Origin: a bacterium
GTDB taxonomy: Bacteria; Hinthialibacterota; Hinthialibacteria; Hinthialibacterales; Hinthialibacteraceae
Direction: 5' to 3'
Assembly: GCA_963662285.2 (NCBI GenBank)
Contig: CAXXMV010000001.1
Location: forward strand, 128,001 to 192,000
Length of the DNA: 64,000 nucleotides
Every line of letters begins with the position of its first letter. The stretch's first letter is position 1. Position numbers and translations under genes: made by a program. Shown one piece after another: positions 20,001-32,200 of this stretch. Under the pieces are notes generated by a model that saw only the letters and a program-made list of their open reading frames with translations, did not search any database and was not told the origin of the DNA.

Positions 20001-23000
20001 TGCCCACTGTGGGGAAGGAAGGCGAATCCCTGTCGGTCGTCGTAATCACTCCAGCCGGAACCAGCGGCAATCTTTCCATCAAACGCGCGGCGGGTTACGA
20101 AGATACTCTCGCACCTGGCACTGAACGCTTTATTATTAACGTGAATTCTTACAAAAGCGGCGTCGACGCCGACGGCGAATTGACCCTGGATGAAGCCGCA
20201 AACATCGCACGAGGCGATATCGATCCTTTTGCGCCTCCCTGGGACGATAAAAACGAAATCTGGACGCACAACTTTTTTCAGGTTAAACGATACGATGATC
20301 AAGGCAACCCTTATTATATCTGGGAAGAAGGTGATATCGAAAAAGAAATGAAAGCCGGTGGTCTCGGCTTGGAACAAATCGAACATTACCGCATCGATCG
20401 TTATCACATGGATAATGGGGGAACTAAATCCGACAAATATTTCGTAAAAACAGAATCGCTTGACGAGGAAGGCTCTAAGGAAGAGGGCGATTTTGTCTCT
20501 TCTCTGTATACGGGCGAGTATTCCGGTGGACAAGGTTACGCTGACAGGATTCAGATTTCCGACGATATAGACGGAAACAGTACTTTTCATGCGGTTGACC
20601 TGGTCCTTACCGACTACGACTCCTTGATTTTGCCTCACGAATCCCTGCTCTCCCTGGGAGGCCGTGGCATTCAAATTACCAAAGGAAGCCTAATTGATAT
20701 CGGTAAGGTCGTGTGTGAAACTGGTGACGCTCTCACCATCACGGGCATAAAGAATGACGTTAATCTTCATATCCTGAATTCCGGCGCCAACGGAATCATT
20801 ATGCAAGAGGCGGTCGGCAACACAATCCGTGGAGAAGTTGAAAATTGCAAAGAGTATGGCGTAAAGGTTGAAAAAGGCGGAGACAACCGTATTTTCGCCG
20901 ATATCCGCAATGCTGGGAAACACGGTATTTTACTCGACCGCAGCAACCAAAACCGGATTGGAACGTCTTTCGATAAACAGATCATCGAAGGTTGCGGTTC
21001 ACATGGCATCTATATCAAAGAATCCAACCAGACAAGAATCAGCGAGACCGTCGTCTCTGAAAACCAGGGAGACGGTATCGTGCTGGAGAATAGTTCGCTT
21101 TGCGAATTCTACAGTTTACAACTTGCGGGCAACAACAGCGGCTTAGTTTTGTTTGGCCCCAATACCGTCAATAATACCATTTCTTCCGTCTATATCGGTT
21201 ACATCGACTCAAATCTCAAAGACAACCAGACAAAGAAACTGATAAAAATGCACAATCAATACGGAGTGCATCTTTATGGAAAAGCTTCGTCTAATACCTT
21301 GAGCGGCATCAATATCTTTCAGACGGGCGATCATGGCATGTTGATAGAAGACGATGGAACCACCTTGAACTCATTTAACCATTGCTCTGTCGGGATGCCA
21401 TCAGAATGGCTCTCTCTTCTTAATGGCGATGCAATCCAATGGCCAGCCGCCAGCGCCGCAGATGGTCTGGTAGTTCAGAAAGGCGCTAAACAAAACCGCT
21501 TTTATCGAGTAGATATCAATCACCAAACCGGCAACGGCATAGTGTTGAAAGACGCAGGTACAGATAACAATGTCTTCGACAGCCTGCAAATTGGACTATA
21601 CATGGAATCAAATAAGGCCAACAAAAATTTATTTAAAAACGGCGGCTGGGGCGCCGTTGTCAAAGAAGGACCGCTAAACACACTCTTTACCAACTGTTAC
21701 GGCGGGTATAACGAAAAAGGCGGTTTCCAGGTCGATTCCAACCAAATCGATGCACCGGTCGATGCGCACAACACCACCTTCACGTTTTGCTATGCCGGTT
21801 ATACGATGGATGACAACTATAAACCCAAATATTACGTCGAAGGTCTTCCCACTGGGGTTGGATTCGATCTTCTAAATTGTTCGAATGTCTTTGTGGATCG
21901 ATGCAATTCGTGGGGCTATCAATACGGTCTGTCCATTTCCGGCGCCCTGTCCGTCAATAATGACATCTGGTCTGGTCTATACCGCGACGCCGCCGATGCG
22001 GGCATCCTGGCATTTCAACTGACCAGTCCCAACCGGATCGCGAATTCCAGTTTCATGGAATGCAGCAAAGTCGGGATTCTTGTGAAAGAGTGCAGCGATC
22101 AAACTCTGTTGATGTGCCGTTCGTCGGGATTTAACGCCCTCAAGGATAACAGCGTCAATCTTCGAATTGAAAAATCGCAGAACATTCGCGTTGAAGACGC
22201 CAGTTTCGGAAACACCCTGCTGAACGGCGTCGAAATTGATAATTCCAATACCATTTCTTTTCTCGATCTCTGGACGAGTCAAGCCGGGAATCATGGCGTG
22301 ATGATTACGGGAGAATCCCGAAAAATCTCACTAGAGAATTGCACCGTCAACGAGAATTACGGCGACGGACTACATGTTGTCTCCTCCCAGGATATAACAT
22401 TTCTTTCGGGACGCATCGATCGAAACGGTTTGTCCGGTATTTCGTTCGAGAATGTGACTAATGCGCAGATTGTAGACGCAGAGATTAATCAGAATTCCAA
22501 CCACGGTATTACTATTTCCGGCGAAAACACCGAAAACATTTCAGTGCGTGGTTCTTCCATTGCAAGCAATACCTTGAATGGGATATACGCTCTGCAAGGC
22601 AAGGGAATTCACATTGGCGACGCTTTAACCGGTTCTGAGCAGAAAAACTATTTTGAATGCAACGAAGCTGCGGGAATTTACGCGGAAGGAAACGGGACGC
22701 AAATCTCTATCGTGAATAATAAAATCGGATCCGGCCGCTACTCTTCCTCGTACAGTTATAGTTCCGGCAATAAAACAGGAATCGTTCTAGCGAAAGGAAT
22801 CCAATCAACCCTCATCCAGAACAACACCATCACGAAGAATACGGGCGAAGGAATTATACTTCGGGAAGGAGCCAACCGCCATTATATCGTGAATAACGAT
22901 ATCCAACAAAATGGAGGACACGGCGTACTGGTTGACGGATCTGATACCATCCGCAACACCATCACGATGAACTCCATTTCCGAAAATGGGGGAAAAGGCA

Positions 23001-25060
23001 TCGCACTCGTCAACGGCGGTAACGAATCGCTTCAAGCCCCCATTATCGATAAAGTCACCTGGATGGGTGAAAACATCTGGGGCGACGCGTCCGTCCCGGA
23101 TGGAAGCTCCATCGAAGTATATTTCGATCCCGATGACGAAGGACTGTTTGTCGCTGGCGTTGGAAAGGTTTTCAAGGATCGTTTCAACGTGGCGGGCGGG
23201 TACGATCCATCCATGAAACTGCACGGCATCGTCATCGATCCCAGTGGCAACACCTCAGAGTTCGGCCCTACCGATATCCAACCGGAACGATCCGATTCTT
23301 TCGTCTATACCGCCGAACAGAATGGCGGCAAGGATATCTATTATAAACCAAGCGGAAACGAATTACCCATCCAATTGACTACCCATCCTGCGGCGGATTA
23401 CTCGCCCTTCGCTTCCAGCGACGGTTCATCCATCCTCTTCGTTTCAGAACGACAGGGGAATCCCGATCTATGGCTGTACAATACCAAAAATGGCGAAGAA
23501 AGTCCGCTCACCACTTCCACCGCCGCAGAAATCGATCCGTACCTGGAACCGGATGGCGAGAATTTATTGTACGCTTCAAATGAAAGCGGAAAATTCAATA
23601 TTTATCGGATGCCTTTATCCAGCAATGGCTCAGGCAACTCAGTCGCATTCACAGATGGCCCCATAGATAGCGGCATCGCCGCGCTGAAAGATTCTCAATA
23701 CGCCATTCGCATCCTGACCGAAAAAGCAGGCGTGCTGGATAAAATCTCGTTCTTCATTCAAGGCGATCCCGCTCCCTTTGCCTGGATGGTAACCGATTGG
23801 AATGTTTCCGAACCCGGCGAAACTGTTTTTGCCGAAGATATTGCATCGCCAAACGAAACCGGTTGGTTTGAGATCGATATCGAAGACCTTTCTCTTCCCG
23901 CCGATTTCGCTATCCATGTCAAAATGCTCGAAGATAACAAACCAGTGTTGGGGAAAGCGCCGGCTGCGATGGGCATGTTCTCCTGGACTTATTTTCTCTC
24001 TTCCTTGGATTCCTGGAACACCTTAGGCATGGAAATCATGCTCCGGGCCGATTTCTTGTCTTCTGAACCTCCGCGATTAACCCAAAACGATGGAGACAAT
24101 CGGCAACCCGCTGTATCGCCGGAAGGAAACGAAATCGCATACTCTTCCAATAGCGCAGGTTCTTTCGATATTTGGATCATGGATTCTAACGGTTTGAATC
24201 CCCGCAAAATCACCGATGGCAAGGGTAGTAATACACATCCTGTATGGACTTCCGACAGTGAGAAAATCGTCTTCGCTTCTGATCGGGACGGTCAATCCGA
24301 TCTGTATCAAATCAACGCCGACGGCAGTGGTTTAATCCGCTTAACCCAGAACCAAGGCTTCGACGGTGATCCGGCATGGAGCCTCGATGGCAAACGGATT
24401 CTCTTCACTTCCGATCGGGATGCAGGAGCGGAAATTTACTCGATGATATCAGGAGAAACCCGCATCGAACGCCTGACGTTTTCGATCGACGGAGTAAGTC
24501 AACCCCATGCCGCGCCCTCGATTACGATAGTTACAGTGAATACAAAGTCGATGATCGTATCAAAGGCCGCTGCAACGGACGAAAATCTGCTGAATCCAAT
24601 GAGCGCACCGACCGAACTCTACTTAGAAGTCTCTCCCGCTAAAGCCAAACCCGGCGAGACCGTCAAACTTTCCATTCAGGCCGTCAATGCTGAAAAACTT
24701 GGGAATGTCGCATTCGATGTGAGATTCGATCCCGATTTATTGAACCTGTCTAAAATGACGCTGAGTTCAACATTCCAATCCGGTTCGCTTCATGTCATGA
24801 ACCCGGAATCTCTGTCTGATGTCAATGGTATATTGCGATGGAACTGGATTCATTCCTTTGGCGCTTCGGGTGATCCCGAAATAATGTCACTGGAATTCGA
24901 AATCGATGGCAATGCGGATAGTGAAACTACTTATGTTAAGATATCCAATGCGCATTGGTTCAACGCAGATATATATCCTTTGGATATTCAACCGGCCAGT
25001 ATCCAGGTTGTTATCGAAAAAGAAGAAACGTCTATCGAGCAATGGTTTCTCTATGAATAA
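17075..25060 (+). CDS. Giant secreted protein: dockerin - IPT/TIG - helical region - IPT/TIG - right-handed beta-helix - TolB/PD40 propeller - cohesin
   Basis: GDVTRDGTIDGRDA / GDGILSQDDA EF-hand pair, GTEVTILG TIG motifs, N/G-rich beta-helix repeats, GNTSEFG, PxWSxDGxxIxFxSDRDG repeats, AKPGETVKL...FDVRFDPDLL cohesin-like end. Confidence 0.8.
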   Translation: MNNKSYVFSVFLLLVIFFLFPSSILLAQTGLLKGDVTRDGTIDGRDALRILQHIEGVITLSDDQVQQGDVYPLPDGNGASGGDGILSQDDALTILRIGVGLITAGDISNNFNESPPVIDDFEPQSAISGETITITGSNFPTAHPTETILLIGSLPVEILSIENNAIKFLIPEIAQSGILRLFTPGGVAESSNPLFILTGTPGVLKLEENSNLKDFMVFTPYDAVEIENTNGLFTLHLPLDTMVLIGASSSAENRPGIYLYLRLPDEAASTQPFQIDEYSTAKALVFFHPFLSTRDTNSARYLFNLMEQTPEVQALADTIAQRYPLGADGLDDPEVGTAWEKAASVILNKAIQNQAALVTQQSVSVKSPRRAASYTQSSNIANKINSTPAFQDSAKMVKPMAEDSGELPVKIYGIDALFIAPEYIPEKHGIKMKLDNYSPIDWVSTLYRLDTNDMPRGINESFLGMRNRGVRTTGYEISTVVPANQWTAKIDLLYFAVDWSINSILEKFVEGGNVLPLEEGAFNRLEDSVYLLHSFSGSLYTGLEHEKPDFKAIQALNTGNTMALYSTSINITIAAVDLWDLLTGESKRWTRAAMKKGIQNAVRKISQRLSNVSLETVTASDIIGILLEGTVEAVKGGLTSAPQGLITWSHKKLGEEAEEKLKQAQGKLQKSCLQCMSRANAVLGALDKISSFGRVAERLLGLIGRLINVYDFELSEAVSPLESHLIVVGDPFSPSAYSMAPTEGAPGTEVTILGYLFASKPEDNTVLFGNREAKVLSVDKREKLVVEVPQGLNYNYEQQISIETPAMMKAAIVPQKFKIKRIPYITSVTPLRVFSSVANDDPGPFAGMFSSISIKGSGLRSTTETPDRVFLDDLELTNLYITANEIQATLPPNLPSKNYLVTIVSPDNDDYRAIGPYIDIMGKPVAQKLSPAEARAGQYITITGYDFGSTTIAVKVGGVLSPEIKKVSDTEVIFRMPTVGKEGESLSVVVITPAGTSGNLSIKRAAGYEDTLAPGTERFIINVNSYKSGVDADGELTLDEAANIARGDIDPFAPPWDDKNEIWTHNFFQVKRYDDQGNPYYIWEEGDIEKEMKAGGLGLEQIEHYRIDRYHMDNGGTKSDKYFVKTESLDEEGSKEEGDFVSSLYTGEYSGGQGYADRIQISDDIDGNSTFHAVDLVLTDYDSLILPHESLLSLGGRGIQITKGSLIDIGKVVCETGDALTITGIKNDVNLHILNSGANGIIMQEAVGNTIRGEVENCKEYGVKVEKGGDNRIFADIRNAGKHGILLDRSNQNRIGTSFDKQIIEGCGSHGIYIKESNQTRISETVVSENQGDGIVLENSSLCEFYSLQLAGNNSGLVLFGPNTVNNTISSVYIGYIDSNLKDNQTKKLIKMHNQYGVHLYGKASSNTLSGINIFQTGDHGMLIEDDGTTLNSFNHCSVGMPSEWLSLLNGDAIQWPAASAADGLVVQKGAKQNRFYRVDINHQTGNGIVLKDAGTDNNVFDSLQIGLYMESNKANKNLFKNGGWGAVVKEGPLNTLFTNCYGGYNEKGGFQVDSNQIDAPVDAHNTTFTFCYAGYTMDDNYKPKYYVEGLPTGVGFDLLNCSNVFVDRCNSWGYQYGLSISGALSVNNDIWSGLYRDAADAGILAFQLTSPNRIANSSFMECSKVGILVKECSDQTLLMCRSSGFNALKDNSVNLRIEKSQNIRVEDASFGNTLLNGVEIDNSNTISFLDLWTSQAGNHGVMITGESRKISLENCTVNENYGDGLHVVSSQDITFLSGRIDRNGLSGISFENVTNAQIVDAEINQNSNHGITISGENTENISVRGSSIASNTLNGIYALQGKGIHIGDALTGSEQKNYFECNEAAGIYAEGNGTQISIVNNKIGSGRYSSSYSYSSGNKTGIVLAKGIQSTLIQNNTITKNTGEGIILREGANRHYIVNNDIQQNGGHGVLVDGSDTIRNTITMNSISENGGKGIALVNGGNESLQAPIIDKVTWMGENIWGDASVPDGSSIEVYFDPDDEGLFVAGVGKVFKDRFNVAGGYDPSMKLHGIVIDPSGNTSEFGPTDIQPERSDSFVYTAEQNGGKDIYYKPSGNELPIQLTTHPAADYSPFASSDGSSILFVSERQGNPDLWLYNTKNGEESPLTTSTAAEIDPYLEPDGENLLYASNESGKFNIYRMPLSSNGSGNSVAFTDGPIDSGIAALKDSQYAIRILTEKAGVLDKISFFIQGDPAPFAWMVTDWNVSEPGETVFAEDIASPNETGWFEIDIEDLSLPADFAIHVKMLEDNKPVLGKAPAAMGMFSWTYFLSSLDSWNTLGMEIMLRADFLSSEPPRLTQNDGDNRQPAVSPEGNEIAYSSNSAGSFDIWIMDSNGLNPRKITDGKGSNTHPVWTSDSEKIVFASDRDGQSDLYQINADGSGLIRLTQNQGFDGDPAWSLDGKRILFTSDRDAGAEIYSMISGETRIERLTFSIDGVSQPHAAPSITIVTVNTKSMIVSKAAATDENLLNPMSAPTELYLEVSPAKAKPGETVKLSIQAVNAEKLGNVAFDVRFDPDLLNLSKMTLSSTFQSGSLHVMNPESLSDVNGILRWNWIHSFGASGDPEIMSLEFEIDGNADSETTYVKISNAHWFNADIYPLDIQPASIQVVIEKEETSIEQWFLYE

Positions 25061-25249
25061 TGCTGAAAATTGATCGCCAATGATTTCGAAGAAGATATGA
25101 AAGCCGAACGCAATCTCTGTTGCATCCGCGTACGGATATTCTCAATACCATTATTAGTAATTGCTTCTGATTCGCTGCAAATCAAGATCAAACAAATTTA
25201 CAACAAATATCTACTACCAAGACCGTAAATAAGGGCTTATTCATCCTTA

Positions 25250-25587
25250 GTAACGATTTAGTCTTCCAAAAAAATAAAATACACTAAGCGTTACTTCTAA
25301 GCTGGTTTTGAAGTTATATGTGGTATGAACCGTAACCAAGAAACCGCTCTGCAAATTCTCCAGGAAATTCTGGAGAGCGTACGGGAAATGACCGAAGAGG
25401 CGATTCCCCCTCTCATTCAGGAAGCGGGAGCGAGAACACAGTCCGTTCTGATGACGGTTTTTCGCACACTCAAACGTCGTGGCTACAATCCGTCGGACGA
25501 AGTGGTAGACGCTCTAAAAACCGCCATCCGCACCAGTCAATTACCCCCTCTACCGCCTCCCCTGCCTTCAAACAACTAAATCGTTAC
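25250..25587 (+). mobile_element. 338-bp MITE-like deletion derivative of the IS66 element, both TIRs intact
   Basis: Starts gtaacgatttagt and ends actaaatcgttac. The 84-aa ORF at 25325-25579 fuses the transposase N- and C-termini at a gaag microhomology. No matching TSD. Confidence 0.92.
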
Positions 25588-25589
25588 AG

Positions 25590-25760
25590 TTTTTTATTGG
25601 CCATCCAGGGGTAGTTGATATTTTGGTATTTCTCCATTTCACTCAATAATGCGGGTCGCCAGTTGCCGGATGGGTTTATCATAATCTTTGATCATCACTT
25701 TTTCTTCATGAATTTTCAAGAGCCTTCCTTTACCATCCGATCCCATAACCCGTATTTGGC
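25590..25760 (-). pseudogene. Possible fragment of an unrelated transposase
   Basis: Minus-strand pieces GKGRLLKIHEEKVMIKDYDKPIRQL and PALLSEMEKYQNINYPWMANKK look like joined internal and C-terminal transposase segments. Recognition is tentative. Confidence 0.3.
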
Positions 25761-26235
25761 GTTGGCTTCGCCTGTGGTTTATATACCAAAATATATTCTG
25801 AAACGGTCATACGATTCTTAAACCTATAACATTGATTTGTTAAAACTTAGGCGAGAGTTGTGGGAAATTAATGATAGAATAATTTGGGGTGGATAGTCTC
25901 ATGAAAATCGGTGATTATGAATGGATTATGCAAGTCTGGAGATACATTTTGCTTAGAGGTATTGCCGGTTGATCTGAGATCATTTCTAGTAATCCCGTTT
26001 AAATTCCTCCGTTATCTCCCCCATCCAATCAAAAAAATCATCGCCCAATAGGCTTTCCCCCAACTATTGCCCACTATGCCGCTTCATCGCGGCATAAATC
26101 AAACCGCCCTAAACGGAATAAAAATATTAGAGAGCAACAACAGCCGATAATTTATTAACAATTGTATCCATAGATCATGAAACAGAAAAATACTATGAAC
26201 ACATCATTCTTCGCTTGGGAACAAAAAATAATAGA

Positions 26236-29200
26236 TTAATACAACATCCAAGAATTCACACTTGTTTCATTCCCGCTAATTGTGATAACTGCATCTTTTG
26301 CAATTACAGATACGGGCGTTAAATTCACACTGTATGCTTCTGCGTTATTGATAGAAACTACCGTGTCAGGATGAATCGTTTTTTCGTTAATCATGAAATT
26401 CAAACGGATTTCCGAGAGGTCTGACGTCAATCCTTCCGCGCCAATCCAATTCAACCGTACGGGTGTTAAGTGAGCCGGATAATCGGGCGGATTGATTTCA
26501 TAAAGAGAATGTTCCGTTTGAAATTCCAGCGATGGAGATTCAACAAGACTGAGAATAACGGGATTATAGGCAATTTCCAAATCTAAATTACCGAGGGATT
26601 GAGCCCCGATTAATTGAAGAAGAATTTCCGCCACCGATCCCGGTTTGGCTTCCGCATCCATCATTTGCAAAGCGATCTCACCTACTGTCAGCGGTTCCAA
26701 TACGCTCATGGTTTGAGTTGTTTTTGTCAGCATGGGTTTGTTGGGAATCCGATTTTCCAGACTCTGAGCTTCAAATGCACCCGTTTCGGGATATCGCGCA
26801 TCCAATGTTCCGATCGTCACACGATGGGGAACGGGATTGTAAACGTTCAACGAATTGATTTCATAATTCCCCAAGCGGTTCGTTGAATAGAGTATGCGGT
26901 CGCCGCTCTGGCTCCATCCCGGATCCGTGTCATCCGCTTCATTCTGAGTCAATCGAACGGCGTCGCCGCCATCCACGTTCATCATGTAGATTTCCGGGTT
27001 TCCATCTCGATCCGATACAAAACCGATCTTCGAGCCTTGTGGAGACCAGGAAGGCTGACGGCTGTTGCCATTGCCCTGGGTGAGGTTGATAAGATTGCTG
27101 CCATCCGTATTCATCAGCCAGATGTCCTCATTCCCCGCCCGGGTGGAAGTAAAAGCGACCGTATTCCCGTCTGGAGAAATGGCCGGATACCGGTCGATGC
27201 CGGGATCATTGGTAAGCCGCGTTGGACCCGCAGGTGCAGGATCTACAGCAATGGCCTTCATCATGACGTACTGAGCGAACGATTTGGATAAATTCCATTG
27301 ATCGAAATTCTCAAAATACCGGTGCATCCAGGTATGCCCCTCTTCGCCAGCGCTGGCGATTCCCAACTGAGGTTTGTAATCTTCCTCAAAATAAATCATG
27401 ACAATATATTGCTCGGGCACTTGCAATTCCCCAACGCTGATCGTGTGCCAGCCTGTCTCCGTGATATTCTCTTCACCTTCCGCGAGTATTTCATCCGGCT
27501 TGGCTTGCCAATTCGCATACGGGAAGATTTTCCACCGGATGGGCGCTGGATCGGCGGAAATGTATACCTGAAATTCAGTAAGCAATTCCGGTCCATAATT
27601 AAACTGAGTTCCCAGGCCATTCCCCATCGTATCAGACCGCGCGTAAATCTCGGCGTTGGGATCGTCTCCTCCGCTAAAATAAGAAAGTACGATACTGTCC
27701 CCGCCTTCTCCTCCACCGGATTCCGAAACGGCTTGCATGTAAATTTCGGGATTCCCATCCCGGTCTGAAACAAAAAGAAAATGATCGCCGTCCGCCATCC
27801 AAACGGGATCGTAATCGGGCGCCGTATTGTTCGTGAGCGAAGTGAGATCGAACGAATCCAATGTCAAATGCCAGATATCTGGATTGCCGCTCCGGCTGGA
27901 AACAAACAATACGTTATTCTGATCTTCGGATAGGCTTGGATCGTAATCTTTCGCGGGATCGTTCGTAATCCGCGCGGGACGTTTCAGCGTATCGTTGTAC
28001 AAATACAGATCGGTATTTCCGCCTGACGTTTCCGAGAATAGGAATGGATCGGTTTTGATATCGATAACGGTAGGCCCAAACTCAGATGTGTTGCCGTCAG
28101 GATGAGTGATGGTAGCATGGTATTTCATCCCTTTCGGGACAAATCCTTGGCAGATAAATTTCTTGCCAAACAGCATTCCAAGCCCAATCAGGATTTCTCC
28201 TTCATCATCCATATCGGCAAACACTTCGACAATGCTTCCATCGGGCGCGTCTTGGTTTACTTTTCCAAACACCTGGCGTTGTTGACGCTCGACTTTGGTA
28301 ATGATCGGAGACTCGACCATGTCGTTGCCCCCGTTCAGCCGAATCCCCGCTCCATCGTTGTTGTATATGCTGTTTTGCGAGATATGATTAAACCGGGAAG
28401 CCGCTCCTTCAACATGGATGCCATTCTCTCCATTCGACTTGATTCGATTTCTCGTAATCGAGTTCGTGTTGGCGCCATCTCTGATGTAAATGCCATGACG
28501 CTTATTCAAGAGAAAAAGATTGCCTTGAATCAGATTGTGCTTTGCGCCTTGCTCTAAGACCACTCCGTCCTGATTTCCCCAGGAGGCCATGGGATCTTTT
28601 TCATACCGTGCGGGAACGCCAATCGCGTTCCCTAGAATGCGGACTCTTGTATTCTCTCCCTGAACGAGAACGCCTGCGTTGTCGTTCATCTCGATGTAAT
28701 TGCCCCACTTATCATTGTTCGAGCCGATGGTGATATCCTGTCCTCCCTGAATCAAGCAAGCGGCTTCGTTTTCCGAGCGGTGAATATTGCAATTTATCAC
28801 TTGTACGTTTCTGGTTTGATCGCCGGTAATCCATAGACTTGTTCCTCCACCGGATAACGAGCCTCCCAAGCCGTTTTCGCCCATGATAATGTCCTGGCAA
28901 TTATCGATTTTAATACAGCCTTCTTCATTTTGGTTCATTTGGAATCCCCATTTAAAGTTCAAAGAACGTGATTCACCGATGAGTTCGACGTTCTTGGAAT
29001 TCTCCATCCAAATTCCCCAGGCTAGACTCTTCACGATTTCAAACATATCGAATACGAAATTCTTACAACCATTCAAAACGAAACCGTTTTGATCACTTTC
29101 GGATACCCAGAAATCCTTGAAATTGACCGTATCGCAATTGACCGCCCGAACTCCGTCTTTCCCATTGCGAGAAATATAGGCGTTTGTTACGCTGATATTT

Positions 29201-32200
29201 TTACAATCTTCCATATACAGGCCGTATCCATCATTGCCGCCAGTGGAATTGTTCCAGAAGTTATATAAAGGAAGCAATTCCGACAAGAATTCCGCGTTTT
29301 CTATATTCGATAAGTGAATGCCATCATCACCCGCGCCATTAACCGTAAACAGTTCAATATGGAAACCATCCGTATTTGTGACGTATAGCCCTTTCCCTTC
29401 CGGGAAATACACATAGGTATTATCAAAACGCAGTGATTCGTTGTTGCCGACAATCTTTATCCCGTCTTCATGAAGAAAGGTGAAGATAGTATCAAACTCT
29501 GCATATTTAACGTTCTCGCATTCAATCGCCGATCCACCGGTTTTGGTTCTTTTTGTTAACCGGACCTCTGATTTTTGCAAGTTCGTGCCGATCTTGCAAT
29601 TCCGCATGAGGATCGAAATGTTCTCTTCAGAGTAATCGGAACTGTCCAAATTCCGAATTAACACGCCGCCCTCTGCGTTGTAACCCAAGGTGCACGAATT
29701 GATGTAGGTTCCGACAGCGTTGTTGGTTATGATGATTCCCCGACCCTTGTTATACCAGGCTATATCATCATCCTCATTATACACACGCCCGATCCAGCAT
29801 TCTTCAATGATGGTCTCTACACCGCCGTCGATGTAAATCCCATTGTTGACCGTTGAAATTTCAGAATCCCGAATAACTGTTTCACTGGCTCCATTTTCAA
29901 TATGGATGCCGTCACCTGTCATTGTATTGACAAAATCCAGGTCAAAATCTTTCTTGTAATCCATATCCGTTATTCTGTTCCCGGTTGTGTTAGGGCCGGA
30001 AATCAGAATTGCATGACCTTTGTTCAACGAGGCTATGAATCCGTTGATGGAATTGTGGGATGCGCCATTCATCAGCACTAAACCGTGCCCGTTGCCCATA
30101 GGACTTCCATTACCCTCAACTTCCATCCATTCAAAAATATTTTGCGCGTTGCCTTCTCCGCTTAAAACAATACCGTTTTTATCGTTGTTCCTTACATGAA
30201 CACTCGTAAACCGGTTGCCTCCCGATTCGTCTTCCATCAAAAAACCATTCTTTTTATTTCCTTCCACAATGACGCTTTCAAAAACATTGCCGTCTCCATT
30301 CACTATGTGGATGCCTTCTCCTCCGTTATTCATAACATGGATATTTTCAAATTTATGAAATCCTCCGCCAGTCAAATCGATTCCATTTTCACGGCAGTTC
30401 CGGATGCCGTGTTCGTCATCAATACTGGAAAGCGTGATATTTTCGGAATTCGTCCCATAAATTCCGTTCTGGCAGGAATCGATTGACAGGCGCAGCGTAA
30501 TAGCCTGAATGTCCTCCAGTGTTACGCCATTCCCGCTGCACTTAGAGATTGAATTATAAATGTTGATATTGTTTTGCTGGCTGCTGGTAATTCGGACTCC
30601 ATCGCCATTTGCGTCTTGAATCTTTTCCACGGAAATTTCATTCAGACCGCCGTTCTTGATATCAATGGCGTGACCCGGTGAATTAAGTATTGTATCTACC
30701 GTAACCTTCGCGCCAATCGCATCCTGCAACAGAATCTGAGCGTTTTCCACTGTTGCGGCGGAAATGGATGAACTATTTCCTAACTCAATGGAACCTTCCA
30801 TCTGTATTGAACCGGTTTTCATCAAACCCATGGGGATTTTTATAGCGCCAGTAACTTGAAGGCTCGATTTCCTGTCGATCTCGATTTCATCCTGGGGACC
30901 CAATTCAAATCCTGGACTGCGTATGGCATGTTCTCCTTGGATAGATATCCGTTCCCGTTTTTCGGCTGAAGGAATGCCCGAAAACCGGTCGCCTTCTTCC
31001 CGGTCGTCATCGGTTGCATCTTTCGATTCTGTTCGAATATTGGTCCGGGAGATTTCATTTCCTTGTTCGTCTCTGAGGACTTTCTCATATACTCTATATT
31101 CTAAGCCCACTCCGCCCGGAGACCGACTCGATCTATCTCCAACCTTGACTTCGACATAGTAATAGATGGGATTGTGATCGTCATCGTACCGGACGCGCCT
31201 TTCATTCTCCCAGATTTCTTCATGCAGTTCGTTGTCGTCGTCCCACCCATCAAGAAAAGGATTCGCCTCACCTTTTGCGAACATCACCGCCTCCGCGAGA
31301 GAAAGATGGCCATTTTTTACGATTCCATTCGTATAATCGGTTACGGTGATTCCACTTCCGGATGGCAGTCTTTCATAATCGGGACGCTCCAAACCCGGTT
31401 CCCGGATGATTTGCGTCCGGGCGGAACCACTCGGCGTCCAGATCGTGATTGGGACCGGCTCATTCTCCTCCCCCGATCCATTCATTTCGACGATAATTCG
31501 ATTCACAAACGTCTGGTAAACGGTTGCAAAATAATCCCCGATCATCACTTTGGCGTTGAGCAGATTATCACCGGCTATTTCAAAACGCTGTCCTTCTTTC
31601 GCTCGCTCCGCGGATAATCGGCTAATTTCAGGTTGGTCGAAAATATGGAAGGTCAGTTCGTTGCTCCTCTCGCCAGTATTTGGATTGAGAACATGTACCG
31701 GTACGTCTCCCCTCAGGCCTTCATGAACGTAGGAATACATCAGGTGATCATATCGACCGATTGTGTCTGTTTGACGCCAATCAAAAAACACCTCGTAAGG
31801 TTCTTCATCCGCGTCTTCTTGAAAGTTCATGCCTTCAATGCTGACCAGAGTTGAATCTTCATCATAAAATGGATTATCCGGATCGGTGGGTTTTGAATAT
31901 CCCCAATTGGGTTCGAGACGGCTAATAATGGGCTGGGCAGTTACATAAAACCGTTCACTGGCCGTCGCCCCGCTAGACGCCGCCGTCGTCTCTAAGCGGA
32001 CGCTGTAATCCTGGTGTTTCGTTAAGAAAGATGGCGCTTCAACCACCATTTCTCCCCGGTTGATTATTTCTACGATTCGGGCGCTGTAATTTCCAAAACG
32101 GACAGTGTTATCCCCCGGATCTAACTGAAAATTATTACCAAATATCCTGACCTGAGAATTCACGGGGCCTTCGGAAGGCGTAATACGTGTAATCGATGGA

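Noticed and set aside
26075-26096. tatgccgc-ttcatc-gcggcata hairpin as a REP element
   Set aside because: Single degenerate copy that could equally be a terminator for the 2717-aa gene.
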